The translations under genes and the position numbers were made by a program. Below, piece after piece: positions 1 through 13,266 of a stretch of DNA of 64,000 nt; positions within the stretch are counted from its first letter, which is position 1, and each line of letters begins with the position of its first letter. This DNA is from Octopus vulgaris (taxonomy: Eukaryota). Below the pieces are notes generated by a model. It saw nothing but the letters and a program-made list of their open reading frames with translations. It was not told the origin of the DNA and ran no database searches. Location: the NCBI GenBank assembly GCA_951406725.2, contig OX597817.1:58838001-58902000 (forward strand), in the 5' to 3' direction.

Positions 1-82
1 TTAAGGCACATGCTTTATACGCACTTTTAACAAGTTTTGGGGCACCTGAGCACTGTATACAATAATTTCATTATTATTATTA

Positions 83-213
83 TTCTATGTTTGACTTTTG
101 CTTTACATATTTGCACAAGCTGGCTCCAAGTCTCACCCAGAGACCTCAAGAGACAGCAGGTAGGAAGTTCGTGTTGGTGTTTGCCTAGGGTGCCATATAT
201 TTGGTTTTGTACT
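83..213 (-). mobile_element. Probable R4/Dong-type 3' UTR fragment in TAA repeats
   Basis: Non-coding segment bounded by (TTA)n on both sides; the minus strand runs into TAA repeats. Confidence 0.45.
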
Positions 214-1864
214 TATTATTAATATTATTATTTAAACACCATGAGGCCATTTATGCTGTTCTGGAGAAATTCAGATGAATTAGCAGTTAATATTTTCAGG
301 TGAAAAAAAAGTTATTTTGTACGGTGTCATGTACGTCACGCTTTATACATCCTTACCGTACATTCTAAGTAAAATTAGTTTTTTTTTTGTTTTTGTTTTA
401 CTTAATACTTGCCTGTAAAGTCAAACTTTACCGTGATAAATGAATCATAAACAATTCCCGTAAATATTCAAAGATTTACAGCTCAGATATTTCACACTTT
501 GTCTTTGACTGTCACGTACGTCACGCGAAAGAATCGCACAGAAATGGTTTTCACGTTTCAAGGGGGTGTGGGAATTTCACCCTCCCCCCCCCCCCACAGC
601 CAACCTGTTGAGTAGCTCATCCACAAAGAACCATGCCCCAGCAGACGAGATCCTGTCATGATACTCAGAACGTAAAGACACAAAATACCGCTTATTTGAC
701 ATTTTCTACAAAGATTCTAAGCAATTATAAACATTCAAAGGAAGAGATGGACTGGTTTCCTTCATTTTGTATCTTTTACATGTTTCAGGACATGGACAGC
801 AAAGCACAGCTTTTAAGGGTTTCAGTAGAACAAATCGGCCTCATCTTTTTAAGTACTAATTCTGTCGGTCATTTTCTTTTCTGCCAAACTGCGAGATGAC
901 AGGAACGTAAACAAACCAGTATCGGTTCTTAAGCGGCGGGGGGTCAAACACACACACACGACGGATTTTTTTCTGTTTCCGTCTATCAAGTCCTCTTACA
1001 AGACTTTGGTCGGCCCAAGAGACCCCGCAATGGAATTGAACCCGAAACCATGACGTTGGGAAGCTAAAACAAAATTTTCTGGGTTTATATATTTTTTTTA
1101 AACTAACAAAAAAAAAATCTACATCTTCGACAATTTAAATCTATAAAATTTCATTTAAAGAATACGTATTACGGGAAAAATCTACGAAGAAACAAAAAGT
1201 CGGGAAGTGGTTGGTGTGACGAAGGCACGAAAACGAAGTTAATACCGACAAACATAGCAAACTATATATTTCTTTATTGCCCACAAGGGGCTAAACATAG
1301 AGGGGACAAACAAGGACAGACAAACGGAAAAAGACGATAATATCGACCCCAGTGCGTAACTGGTACTTAATTTATCGACCCCGAAAGGATGAAAAGCAAA
1401 GTCGACCTCGGCGGAATTTGAACTCAGAACATAACGGCAGACGAAATACCGCTAAGCATTTCGCCCGGCTCGCCGCCTTATAACTCAGCAAACTATAATT
1501 AAACCAACGACGAGAAAAGATTTGTGTGTTTCATATTTTCATCGTCACTTTTTGTGGGGGTGGAGAGGAAATTACCAAAAAAAAAGTTTCGAGAGACTTC
1601 TAGAAGACTAAACGCGTCAATATGGTGGGGAAGGCGAGAGAGAGAAAGCGAACACAGATAGACACGTGTAGGGGAAGTACGTGTGTGCGTGTTTATTATT
1701 ATATGGCAACAGAGAAAATCTCAAGCTATGACGGACGGCGTTACTAGTACACTTGTCTAAAGAATATTGGCCCACTTTAGAGACTAATATTGCTGCTATA
1801 AGTAGGTAGTTTACTAAAAGGAAACAACTGTAACAGATACTGTCGAAGGAGGATCAGATACTTG

Positions 1865-1901
<37 letters not shown>

Positions 1902-2065
1902 CATCATCTTGTACGTATGTATAGATATATACACACACATTTGAGGTAATATATTCAGCATTCCTTGATATATATATATATATAATTAAATAAGGGTAGA
2001 AATTGATATTAATTAAAACCAGTGGCCTAGCATATTTTAAAAAATCCGAAGATTAAAAATTTTTT

Positions 2066-2175
2066 TACATACAAAATTTAGAGGATTGACCACTACAAGT
2101 GACAGCCTTTTGGCGTCTATATCTAGCACACAGGCTGTCCACTTGTAGTGGTCAATCCTCTAAATTTTGTATGTA
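2066..2175. repeat. Near-perfect inverted repeat (~42-bp arms) inside an element flanked by (TA)n
   Basis: TACATACAAAATTTAGAGGATTGACCACTACAAGTGACAGCC ... GGCTGTCCACTTGTAGTGGTCAATCCTCTAAATTTTGTATGTA, with one 1-nt indel. Confidence 0.95.
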
Positions 2176-2270
2176 TATATATATATACACACATAATTTC
2201 AAATTTTATTTTCAGCAAGTTAACTTGGGATTCCTTAACGACAGCATAACTTTCACATAACTAAGGTATC

Positions 2271-2360
2271 TTCAGCCTGGTGAGAGCTAGCTGAGTACAG
2301 TCTCGTTGAGTAATTATTACATCAGAAGATCTGCTAATTAGGAAACATACGTAAACTGGA
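2271..2360 (+). ncRNA. Degenerate hammerhead motif with long stem II
   Basis: TTCAGC-CTGGTGA-GAGCTAGCTGA...TCTGCTA..-GAAA-CATACG-TA-AACTGGA. CATACG is consistent with CpG decay of palindromic CGTACG. The element ends in (TA)n at 2392. Confidence 0.4.
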
Positions 2361-2413
2361 TTTTACCGGCTCCACTCCCTCGATTTGGATTATATATATA
2401 TATATATAAATTT

Positions 2414-2516
2414 TTTTTTCCGTAATGAGATAAAAAAAAACCAAGGCAGTGTGGATTTTAGAACATTTATAAATAGAATCTACACAGCCTTGGTTTTTTA
2501 TCTCATTACGAAAAAA
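2414..2516. repeat. Inverted repeat, end of the same element family as 60340-60460
   Basis: CGTAATGAGATAAAA..CCAAGGCAGTGTGGATT / AATCTACACAGCCTTGG..TTTTATCTCATTACG. The segment CCAAGGCAGTGTGGATTTTAGAACATTTATAAATAGA resembles CCAAGGCAATGTGATATTGCTAGGACATTTATAAATAGA at 60362. Confidence 0.85.
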
Positions 2517-2661
2517 GAAATTTTTTTTTATATACATATGCTGATATATGACCTAAGTTGGACCCCTTATTCGCATAATCACCAAACCTGGAACTTAACT
2601 ATGGTCTACCCACAGCACTTATTAAGCATTACCTGACACCATTACCTCTCACAACCTCCTA

Positions 2662-2700
<39 letters not shown>

Positions 2701-2702
<2 letters not shown>

Positions 2703-2917
2703 GTTCCTGACTTTAAGGGTGTTGTGAAACGCCTTGTTGGAGGCCCCACCTTCTGAGTTCTTTTACAGGGCTTAGAAAAACTGAAGGACTGCTGCGATAA
2801 GTGTGTGAATCTGCAAGGAGAATATATTAAATAAAATATGTTGAACAAAATCATAATTAACTGATTCTCCTGTATTTTTTATTACCCAAAGCCAGGAACT
2901 TTTCAGCACCCCCTAGT
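2701..2917 (+). mobile_element. Internally deleted mariner element
   Basis: TIR cores AAGTTCCTGACTTT / AAAGCCAGGAACTT. The interior encodes the mariner C-terminus QGLEKLKDCCDKCVNLQGEYI. Confidence 0.75.
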
Positions 2918-2924
2918 ATATATA

Positions 2925-2955
<31 letters not shown>

Positions 2956-3455
2956 ATGTATATATGAGGGTGTGCTAGTTACCAAAAGCAATTAATATTT
3001 AGGAGAATTATGTTTGGTAACTGGGTAACAACATCATACCATAGAGGTTTCCTGTGGTTGACATCAGCCACTACACACTCATTGGTGAGTCAGTCTCACT
3101 GACAAATATGCTTTACTCAAGCCGACTGCAAAAACCTTTGGGCGGGAGTTGAATAGTAATCTGCTTTGCCAAAACAACCACACTAAACTCTACATATGTT
3201 TTACAATTATGTAAAGAACGTGTGTGTGTGTAGGTGCAGGCGTGGCTCTATGGCAAATAGTTTGTAGCTCTGTTGTTCTGGGTTCAGTCCCACTGCACAG
3301 CACCTTGGGAAAGTCTTTTCTACTATAGCCTCAGACTGACCAGAGCTATGGGACTGGATTTGGTAGACAGAAACTGAAAGAAGCCAATCTGTGTGTTTGT
3401 GTCTGTATTTGTCCCCCACCGGTGTTGGTGTGTTTATTTCCTGGTAACTTAGCAA

Positions 3456-3620
3456 CAGGGCCGGCCCGAGGGATGCTGGCGCCTCGGGCAAGCTGAACTT
3501 CAGTGAGTACAAGTTGACAGAATTGGAAATTTCCTTGTCTTTGTCCCGCCCTCTTTGTAACCCCTAGCACATGGTTCCCTGGGTGACTGCCCAAGTTGCC
3601 GGTACCCTGAGCTGACTCTA
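3456..3620. mobile_element. hAT MITE inserted in a SINE
   Basis: Starts CAGGGCCGGCCC; degenerate right TIR; TSD CTTAGCAA/CTTAGCAG. Confidence 0.65.
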
Positions 3621-3814
3621 CTTAGCAGACTGGCAAAAGAGCCCAATAAAATAAATACCAGGTTTAAAAAGAAAATAAGTACAAGATTCAATTAGTTCAA
3701 CTAAAATTCCTGAGGGTGGTGCTACCCCAATATGGCCGCAGTCTAATGAGTAAAAAAGAAAGAAGAAAATATATGTATATATACTGTACCTATGTATGTA
3801 TAGACATATATTTT

Positions 3815-4013
3815 TTTATTCTTTTACTTGTTTCAGTTATTTCATTGTGGCCATGCTGGAGCACAGCCTGTAGTCGAGCAAATTGACCCCAGGACTTATT
3901 CTTTGTAAGCCTAGTACTTATTCTATCGGTCATTTTTGCTGAACCGCTAAGTTACAGGGACTTAATCACACCAACATCAGTTGTCAAGCGATGGAGGGGG
4001 GACAGACACAGAA

Positions 4014-4044
<31 letters not shown>

Positions 4045-4203
4045 CGACGGGCTTCTTTCAGTTTCCGTCTACCAAATCTACTCACAAGGCATTGGTCAGC
4101 CCAAGGCTATAGTAGAAGACACTTGCCCAAGGTGCCACACAGTGGGACTGAACCCAGAACCATGTGGTTGGGAAGTAAGTTTCTTACCACACAGCCACTC
4201 CTC
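3815..4203 (-). mobile_element. SINE family 1, full length
   Basis: Reverse-complement homologue of the family 1 copies. Confidence 0.9.
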
Positions 4204-6739
4204 CACCAATATATTTATAAATGTATATGCTACAGACATAGGTCTTTCCTGTTACCGAACTGAATCAAAGATCAATAATTTATTTAATTTTTACAAAAAA
4301 AATCGTCTGCTGAGAATAGAAAAGTACCCATACATACATACAGGTATTTGTACATAAAAAGTGGCTGTGGGTAAGAAGCTTGCTTTCCAACCATACAGTT
4401 CTAGGTTCAGTCCCACTGTGTGACACCTTGGGCAAGTGTCTTCTCTAGCCTCAGGTCGACCAAAGCCTTGTGAGTGGATTTGGTAGACGGAAGCTGATGT
4501 GTATGTATGTATTTGTGTGTCTGTGTTTGTCACTTGACACCGATGTTGGTGTGTTTACGTCCTCATAACTTAGTGGATCAACAAAAGAGACTGACAGAAT
4601 AAGTACTAGGCTTACACAGAATAAATCCTGGGGTAGATTTGTTCGACTGAAGGCGATGCTCCAGCATGGCCACAGTCAAATGACTGAAAAGTAAAAGAAT
4701 AAAAGAATATGCACACACATACACACAGAAGAAGAGCAGATGAGAGTGCATCATAGATATGGCTGCAGGCTGAGACAAAAGGACTTAGATGAATCAGCTG
4801 ATTGATGAATGAAATGATTGAGTAAACTACTGGAATGTTGACTGACTGATAATAGCAAAAAGAAGTGAAATACTACTAGCATGTGTGTTTTAATTGGCAA
4901 AATGACCCTTCCAAAGTACACCAAAAATATGTATGTACATAGGTACATACATACATATTTTAACACACACCATTCTAGCATGGTCGTTGCCAGTGCCACC
5001 AGAATGGCTCCCATGCAGGTAGCACATAAAACACACCTTTTGAGCATGGTTGTTGCCAGACCCGCCTGACTGGCGGCACGTAAAAGCACCCACTACACTC
5101 TCAGAGTGGTTAGCATTAGGAAGGGCATCCAGCTGTAGAAACTTTGCCAGATTAGATTGGAGACTGGTGCAGCCTTCTGGTTCACCAGTCCTCAGTCAAA
5201 CCGTCCAACCCATGCCAGCATGGAAAGCAGACGTTAAACGATGACACACATACCCTTCCTTTCCTGGCTAAATGGTGAAAAAGGGAGAGAGAGAGAGAGA
5301 GAAATAGGGATAATGTGAGGTAGTTAGAGTATAAGACAGGATAATTAAGCCAAAGCCAATTCTAAGCAACAGGATAAACAACAACACTGATTTCAGTAAA
5401 CAACCGAAATGAGAACTGATAAGCAAAAGAACGGTTTCCATGACAACCTCTTTGTGCCTGTCTTGGTAAATGACAATAGCGACCTCGTTATCAGAGCTGT
5501 GACCTTAATAGTCATGTTCAACAACAACAACACAATAGATATTCTCACATACATGGAGGCTACATGCATGTTATGGTACATGAAATAAAGAGGGTTCATA
5601 TTTACAGTCCTGTGATGTAAATGACTCGATATCATCATCATCGTCGTCATTGAAAGTCTACTTTTCCCTGCTTGCATGGATCAGACATAATTGGTTGAAG
5701 CAGATTTTCTACAGCCAGATGCCCTTCCTGTTGCTAACCCTCACCTGTTTTTCACAGAAGACTAGAAATAAACAGCATTGCTTGTATGATGGTGATGCTC
5801 ATTTGCAACCATCATAGATTTCAAGACAAGGACATACACACACATTTGGAAGGGCATCCAGCTGTAAAAATCATGCCAAAACTTACCTCACCTGTGCTAA
5901 TGCCACATGAAAAGCACCAAGTTCACTCTGCAGAGTGGTTGGTGTTTGGCTACTGCCAAAACACACAGTAGCCTAGGGTAGTATTCTACCTGGCCAGCTC
6001 CAGTCAACCATCCTACCCATGCATGTATGGAAGACAGACGTTAAACGATGATGATGATGATGATATATATAAAAACTAAGGGACAATCCAGAAAGAATGG
6101 ATGAATCTGGGGAGCATGGAGCAATATCAGTTACTGGAAGAAGGGCTAAATATTAGGTACACTTATGAAAGTCAGCAAATTTTCCATTCTTCTGAGATAG
6201 AAGGGCAGCATCCGGTGATCGGGGTTATAAAAGAGAGTGTCAGTATAAACAGGAACATCGTTGGGGGTAAAGTTTGTATGAAATGATGTGGGGGGAGGGG
6301 AGAACAATGCATGAAAATGAGAAAAATGCTTGGGACAGTGGGCAGAGAGAGAGGCAGACTTGCCCCAGGTAGATACAACAGCTGTGACCAGGTGTGGTGG
6401 TGCAGTTAAGAAGTTTGTTTACCAAGCACAGAGTTTTGGATTCAGACAGAAACTGAAAGAAGCCCACCATGTGTGTGTGTGTGTGTTCATCTTAACATCA
6501 CCTGACTTGCAAATGAATGTCATTCATTTCCAACAATCTGCAAAAACATGTCTGGCCATCAGGAAATAGTATCTTGTTCGGAAACACATGGGGATTGGCA
6601 ACAAAAAGGGGGGATCCTGATGTAGAAAATATGCCTCGACAAATTCTGTCCGACCCATACAAGCATGGAAAAGTGGACGTTAAAATGATGATGATAGTGA
6701 TGATGACTGAGTCAAAATACTCATCAAGAATATGAAGAC

Positions 6740-7293
6740 AGAGGGATGGCGACATTATACCTCCATTCATCTTGCCACACCACCTCACACTCAACATGAA
6801 GGCCTACATCAAGTGCCTGGGGGAGGTTGTACTGCCCTGGGTCAAGACCTAATGTTTGGCAACAGGTCTCTGCACCATGCCACACAAGCAGGAAAACCCA
6901 GTCATGGCTAATAGAGAATATCTGCAACCACATCACCCCCAACATCTGGCCAGACAACTCCCCAAACTGCAACCCTCTTGATTATTATGTGTGGGGCGCA
7001 GTTGAGCGAGAGACCAATAAAACTCCTTGAACCCCAAAAGATGAAATGGAGGCAAGGATTATGGCAGCGTTCATCAACTTAATCAAGGAGACCATCCAGA
7101 AGAGTTGTAGGAGATTCCGAAGTTGTCTGGAGGCCGTGGTTGAAGCCTATGGTGATTTCATTGAATATATTTACTCTTTAGTATTTCAAGATATTTTTAT
7201 GTAATTTTGGTAAATATATCTGTTAAAACGAGATGGCAGTGTTATTTTCATTTTTGCATAATTTAGACGACAGTTTATTCATCACACCCTGTA
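6740..7293 (+). mobile_element. Tc1/mariner (DD37D/maT-like) transposase 3' fragment with right TIR
   Basis: WQQVSAPCHTSRKTQSWLIEN...NIWPDNSPNCNPLDYYVWGAVERETNK; ends CACACCCTG+TA at 7293. Confidence 0.85.
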
Positions 7294-7367
7294 TTTAAAG
7301 AAATATATCTATACATATACACAAATCTACATCTATCACATAGATATACACATACACACATACATAT

Positions 7368-7840
7368 CATCATCATCATCATCATCATCGTTTAACATCC
7401 GTTTTCCGCGCTAGCACGGGTTGGACGGTTCGACCGGGGTCTGGGAAGCCAGGGGCCGCTCCAGGCTCCAGTCTGATCTGGCAGAGTTTCTACGGCTGGA
7501 TGCCCTTCCTAACGCCAACCACTCCGTGAGTGGAGTGGGTGCTTTTTACGGGGGTCCGGCATCGGTCACGATCGGTTCGAGCTTTTAACGTGCCAGCGGC
7601 ACGGGGGCAACGGGATCCGGGGTACTTTGAATGGGTAGTGGGTATGTGGAATTGCTGCAGAAAGCAGCCCGGGTCTTTGCAGTCACAGCATATCTCCAGA
7701 GATCTCGGTCCTTCGCCATTGCCTCAGTGAGGCCCAATGCTCTGAGGTCATGCTTGACTACCTCATCCCATGTCTTCCTGGGTCTACCTCTCCCCCTGAT
7801 ACCTTCAACTGTTTGGGAGTGGCACTTCTTCACACTTCTC
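7368..7840 (-). mobile_element. RTE LINE 3' end with 3' UTR and (GAT)n tail
   Basis: VKKCHSQTVEGIRGRGRPRKTWDEVVKHDLRALGLTEAMAKDRDLWRYAV, then a UTR ending GGATGTTAAACGATGATGAT. Related tails lie at ~4970-5245, 5850-6065, 6540-6710 and 12550-12990. Confidence 0.9.
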
Positions 7841-8472
7841 TCTTCATATGTATATACATATATGTGTGCATATATGCGCATGTGTGTGTGAATGTACATA
7901 TATGTATATAAAACAACTCCATTGTTGTCTCTGTTATCATTATGATTATTTAATCAACCACTTTTCCAGGTTTGTATGGGTCAGAGTTAATGTCAATCAG
8001 ATGCTATTCTCACTGACAAACCTTATCTATTTCCAAGTAATGTAATATTTACCCTAACAACTTCAAACATGAATAGCTCAATCACTAGACATGCTTTTGC
8101 AGAGGTTTACAAACAAACAACACCATTTGTATGATAGTGATTCCTATTTATAATCAGTGGGGGGGTCATGACAGAACAAAGGGAGACATGCACACACAGA
8201 GGCATAATGCTATCATTTTTACATCCCCACCCCATGCTCACATGAGTGAGACAATTTTTGATGAGGCAGACTTTTCTAATGGTTGAATGCTTTTTCTGTC
8301 ACCTGTTTCCTCTCCATAACAGACATGCTTTCATGGAAAATTCGAAATGAAGTACACAGCTTAGATGATGGCCACATTCATTTACAACTACTGTGTGATG
8401 TCGAAGCAAGGAGATAGTAATACACACATATAACACACATATGTATATATATACATATATATATATATGTAT

Positions 8473-8505
<33 letters not shown>

Positions 8506-9195
8506 CACACAAGCTTCTATCAACTTCTGACAATCAATCAACTCACAAGGCTTTGGTTGGCCCAGGGCTACAGCAGAAGATGCTTGACCAAGGTACCATG
8601 TTATGGAATTGAACCCAGTCATGATGTGGTTAGGAAGCAAACTTCTAACTGCATAGCCATGTCTGCACATGTATGTGTGTGTGTGTGTGCATGCGTGTGC
8701 GTGCGTAATATATATCTTTTATCTTTTGTTTCAGTCATTTGACTGTGGCCATGCTGGGGCACCACTTTTGAAGAATTTTAGTTGAATGAATCAACCCCAG
8801 CATTTTTTTTTTAAACTTAGTAATTATTCTATCAGTCCCTTTTACCAAACCATTAGGTTATGGGGACAGGCCCACAGTTTCTGAAGAAGTGGTGGTGGAC
8901 AAACACAAAGACACACACATATATAAGACAAACTCTTTCTCAGTTTTTGTCTACCAAATCCACTCAAAAGCTTTGGATGGCCCACAACTACAGTAGACAC
9001 TTGCCCAAGGTTCCATGCAGTGGGACTGAACCTGGAACCGTGTGGTTGGGAAGCAAACTCCTTACCACACAGCCATGCCAACATTATATACATTTGTATA
9101 TATCAACTTATAGACAGCTATATAGAGAGAGAGTGTATGTAAAGGTGGGTGGGTGGTTGTTATAAGGGCCCATATATATATTTATATATATAACA

Positions 9196-9400
9196 GGCAC
9201 CAAGCAATTAAGGGTATTCAAGACAACATGCTACAGACAAATGGTGTGGATCTGCTGGGTGGATCATAGAATGACTGAATCAATACCAGAAGAGACAGGA
9301 GTGGAACAAAAATTAGTGACAACGGTCACTAATATTTTACAATGTTTTGGCAATGTTATTAGGGCCCAGTGCCTCTCTGTCTGCACCCCTGATGCCTGAG
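9196..9400 (+). mobile_element. Decayed RTE/BovB-like LINE C-terminal fragment
   Basis: LRVFKTTCYRQMVWICWVDHRMTESIPEETGVEQKLVTTV..ILQCFGNVIRA resembles the RTE C-terminal pattern L..FE..CYR..L.I.W.D..T....L.FGHV.R. Confidence 0.6.
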
Positions 9401-11815
9401 TGAACAAAAAACAGACTCTTGGACAACAAAGACAATGTCAGAGCAATGGCATGAAGAACCAGAAGGGGAAGAACAATCCAATGGAATGACAAGGAGGCGA
9501 GCTGGCAGAACTGTTAGCACGCCAGACAAAATACTGCCAAGTGTTTCGTCCGTCTTTACGTTCTGAGTTCAAATTCCGCCGAGGTCGACTTTGCCTTTCA
9601 TCCTTTTGGGGTCGATAAATTAAGTACCATTTACATACTGGGGCTGATCTAATCGACTGGCCTCCCTTCCCAAAAAAATTTCGGTCCTTGTGCCTAGAGT
9701 AGAAAAGAATCCAATGGAATGTGAATGCAGGTACAGCACGAGAACACAGGTGTGGTGCATTGTGGTATCTGTTTGGAGGTGGGGGAAGGCACCACCCCTC
9801 ACATGAAGATGGACATAGCCATACACTAATTCCCAAATGTGTATAGCTATCTATCTGTCTATACATATATATATGTGTGTGTGTGTGTATCTAACTATCT
9901 GTCTATATATGTGTGTGTCTCTCTCTCTTTCTATATATATATATATATATATATACATATATGTATGTGTGTGTATCTATCTTTGTATATATGTGTGTAT
10001 CATATATATATGTGTGTGTGTGTGCCTATCTTTCTATATATATATGTGTGTGTGTGTGGATTTTTTATCTTATATTTGTTTCAATCATTGGACTGTGTGC
10101 ATGCAAGGACACCAGCTTCAAGGGTTTTAATCACAGAAATCAATCCCTGTACTTATTTTTTTCAAAAAACCCGCTACTTTCCAAAATAAGCCTCATTCAC
10201 AAAACCCTTGAGTAACCAAGATGTCAACAAACAGTTGTCAAACGATGGTGGTTGTGGGGACAAACACGTACACACACATATGCACAACAGGCTTCCACAC
10301 AGTTTCTCTCAACCAAATTCACTCACAAAACATTGTGCGATTTGGGGCTGTAGTGAGAAGACATTTGCCCAAGATACTGCACAGTGGGATTGAACCCAGA
10401 ACCACATAGTTGCAAAGCAAGCTTCCTAACCACATACTTGTATACTTATTTTTATATATTGTCAAGTAATATTTTTACTAGTTATGGCATAGAACTGGTC
10501 AGTGTGTTAGCAATGGTTCTGTGCCAACTATTGCCCTTGGTGATACTGACAGCTCTTTGGACACAAGCTCATAACGTTTTTTATGCAGTAATATCATATG
10601 CCACAACCAGTAATATCATACGGTTCACTAGTGTATAAAAGTATAACCATTCTATTACTTATGTTGAGTTTGTTTTGTTTTTTTCTGACTTAGGGACTAC
10701 TGATTGTGTGTATGTGTGTGTGTTCGAACCCACGCACGTACATACAGGAAAAGCTGTATATTTTATTTGCTTTAGATAACAATAACTGGTTGATTATATT
10801 AAACAGATGATATAACAATATCCTGAACGTGTTTGGGACCCTATAATTTTGATGTGTCCAATACACACATACAGTGAGAGAGTGAGGACAGACAGACAGA
10901 GAGAGACTGGCTCAGGAAAAGAAAGAAAATGGTAATTAGACAAGAAGAATCTAAAATATTTTTGGGTTGATTTCCCGGCAACGAGCTAACGAGGGACCCT
11001 CTGCCTGGTCGCTTCATACGCTAGAAATAGCAACCAAATCGCTCTCAGACCACAACTTACTACCTTGGTGAAGTGATAGACACATTGAATGATGTAGTCC
11101 GAGGTATATTAGGTCTAGAAAAAAATGGGACGGTCGTAGACGGAGTACCTTTCATGATAAGCCTGTTGAATCAGAGGTGATTTGACATGGGGTGGCGTTA
11201 AGCAACCACCACCCTTGATGTAATTTAATAGCTGGGAATGTAGTGTAGTTTAAACTATAGTCTCAGTAAGATTGTGTTTTTGGTGCTGTCATAATTTATA
11301 TTGGGAACGTACAAGGGAAGATTAGGTTACCAAAATGAAAAATAAACATTTAACAGTTATAGAGAATTAATATTACACAGATATGCCACACAAAAAAAAG
11401 GGAAGACATCGACTTTAAGGTTCTGTGATTGAAAAAATAAATAAATAAATAAATGAAAGTATAGTTTCACGTGAAAAATCAAAACAAAGCGCACATCAAA
11501 AATCTGAGAACCAATAAACCGATTCTACTTTACCGATGAGGTAAAGTGCTGTGATCGATCAGGTCTCATCTATAGTTATAATAAGAAACATCATATTTTC
11601 CGCGAAGGATGGACAGACAAGAAAAACCTCGCAATAACACATTCCTGAAAGTGAAGATCCAAAAACCATGGAACTCTTGTTATGATTTTTACGAAGAGCA
11701 GCACAGAGGATATTCGATATTATTAGGGAACGGCAAGGGTTCTGACATGACAGGACCTTACACGGCTTTCACTAACGATGATTATATTTGTATAGAGAAA
11801 TATACGGAGACTTAC

Positions 11816-12063
11816 CAGAAAGAAATGCGATCTTTGGGGTAGTTGAGGATTTCTAACTGACCGAGAACCCAGGGTAAGGCGTGTCCTTCATTGCGCACAG
11901 CTAATGCTATCAAGACTGTCGGAGGGAGCTTCGACTCCGCATTGTTCGTAGAGTTATTGTTCAATATATTATCACTATATGCAACTAGAAAATTCGAAAT
12001 AAATACGGCAAAACCTAGTAAAGTTTGCGGGAGGTAGCTCCACGTCGACTTAGACGCAGCCAT
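11816..12063 (-). CDS. COLGALT1: First coding exon of procollagen galactosyltransferase (COLGALT1/2-like, glycosyltransferase family 25 / GLT25D)
   Basis: ATG in good Kozak context (gcaacATGG). The hydrophobic N-terminus (LLGFAVFISNFLVAYS) resembles a signal peptide. It is followed by PTVLIALAVRNEGHALPWVLGQLEILNYPKDRISFW, matching the COLGALT N-terminal pattern PTVLIA..RN..H.LP..LG.LE.L.YPK.RI..W. The frame ends at a canonical donor TG|GTAAG (exon end 11816, phase 2 within the Trp codon). The paralogue number is uncertain and exon 2 was not found in the window. Confidence 0.88.
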
Positions 12064-12159
12064 GTTGCCAGGCGAACAACACTAACTTCGACACTGAAGA
12101 GTTCTGCTGCTGTTTTTACTGAAGCAGTCGACTTTTCTGCCAGCTCCCACGCCCCCCAC

Positions 12160-12280
12160 AAAACTCCTCCTCCCCTTCCTCTTTCCTCCTCCTCCTTCCT
12201 CCTCCAGCTGTTATCTGCCTCCACCTTAAGCTCCCGTTCTTCCATGTAGTGGGGAGTGGGGGTGGAGGATAAGATTGGTC
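12160..12280 (-). promoter_or_regulatory. Putative 5'UTR/proximal promoter of the COLGALT-like gene
   Basis: Unique sequence directly upstream of the ATG, with a purine-rich GGA tract on the minus strand and a CCAAT box (plus-strand attgg at 12274-12278). Positional inference only. Confidence 0.3.
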
Positions 12281-12549
12281 TGTCTAAGAGATTTTTATAT
12301 CTCTTCTCTTCAAAGTGAGTGTCTAAGAAGTGTGCGCACTCTTCTTTCTCTCTCACGTTAGGGTGTGTATGGAGAAAGGAACATTTATGTGCGTGTGTAT
12401 GTACAAGTGCATATATGTATGTGTGTATGCTTCTATATACACGTGTGGCTATATATGTATAACTATGTGTGTATGTATATATCATCATAATCCTCACTGT
12501 CATTCATGTATGTACGTATCTATGTATGTATGTCTATATACATACATAT

Positions 12550-12656
12550 ATCATCATCATCATCATCATCATCGTTTAACGTCCGTTTTTCCATGCTAGC
12601 ATGGGTTGGACGGTTCGACCGGGGTCTGGGAAGCCAGGAGGTTGCACCAGGCTCCA

Positions 12657-12714
<58 letters not shown>

Positions 12715-12822
12715 TCGTCGTCATCATCATCATCATCATCGTTTAACGTCCGTTTTCCATGCTAGCATGGGTTGGACGGTTCGACCGGGGTCTGGGAAGC
12801 CAGGAGGTTGCACCAGGCTCCA

Positions 12823-12830
<8 letters not shown>
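12550..12830 (-). repeat. Tandem duplication of an RTE 3' end plus (TA)n unit
   Basis: Two nearly identical copies of CATCGTTTAACGTCCG...GCACCAGGCTCCAGTA, with the same truncation point. Confidence 0.9.
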
Positions 12831-12856
<26 letters not shown>

Positions 12857-12859
12857 TCG

Positions 12860-12908
<49 letters not shown>

Positions 12909-13215
12909 TTAACACCTGTTTTCCATGCTGGCATGGGTTGGACAGTTTGGTAAGAGCTGACCAACGAAAGGGCTGTTCAGGCTCCATGTTTATTTTGCAT
13001 ACTCACAACCACACATATATGTATGCGAGTGTATGTATAGATTTTATATACATAGGCGCAGCGTGGCTGTGTGGTTAGTAACTTGCTTACCAACCACATG
13101 GTTCCGGGTTCAGTCCCACTGCATGGCACCTTGGGCAAGTGTCTTCTACTATAGACTCGGGCCAACCAAAGCCTTGTGAGTGGATTTGGTAGACGGAAAC
13201 TGAAAGAAGCCCGTC

Positions 13216-13266
<51 letters not shown>

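Noticed and set aside
3991-4263. Recurrent peptide RRASFSFRLPNPLTRLWSARGYSRRHLPKVP that looks like a multigene family
   Set aside because: It is the antisense translation of SINE family 1, and frames are not conserved between copies.
5393-5677. Candidate COLGALT exon 2 on the minus strand
   Set aside because: No DHN.D.T motif or other similarity to GT25 proteins was recognised.
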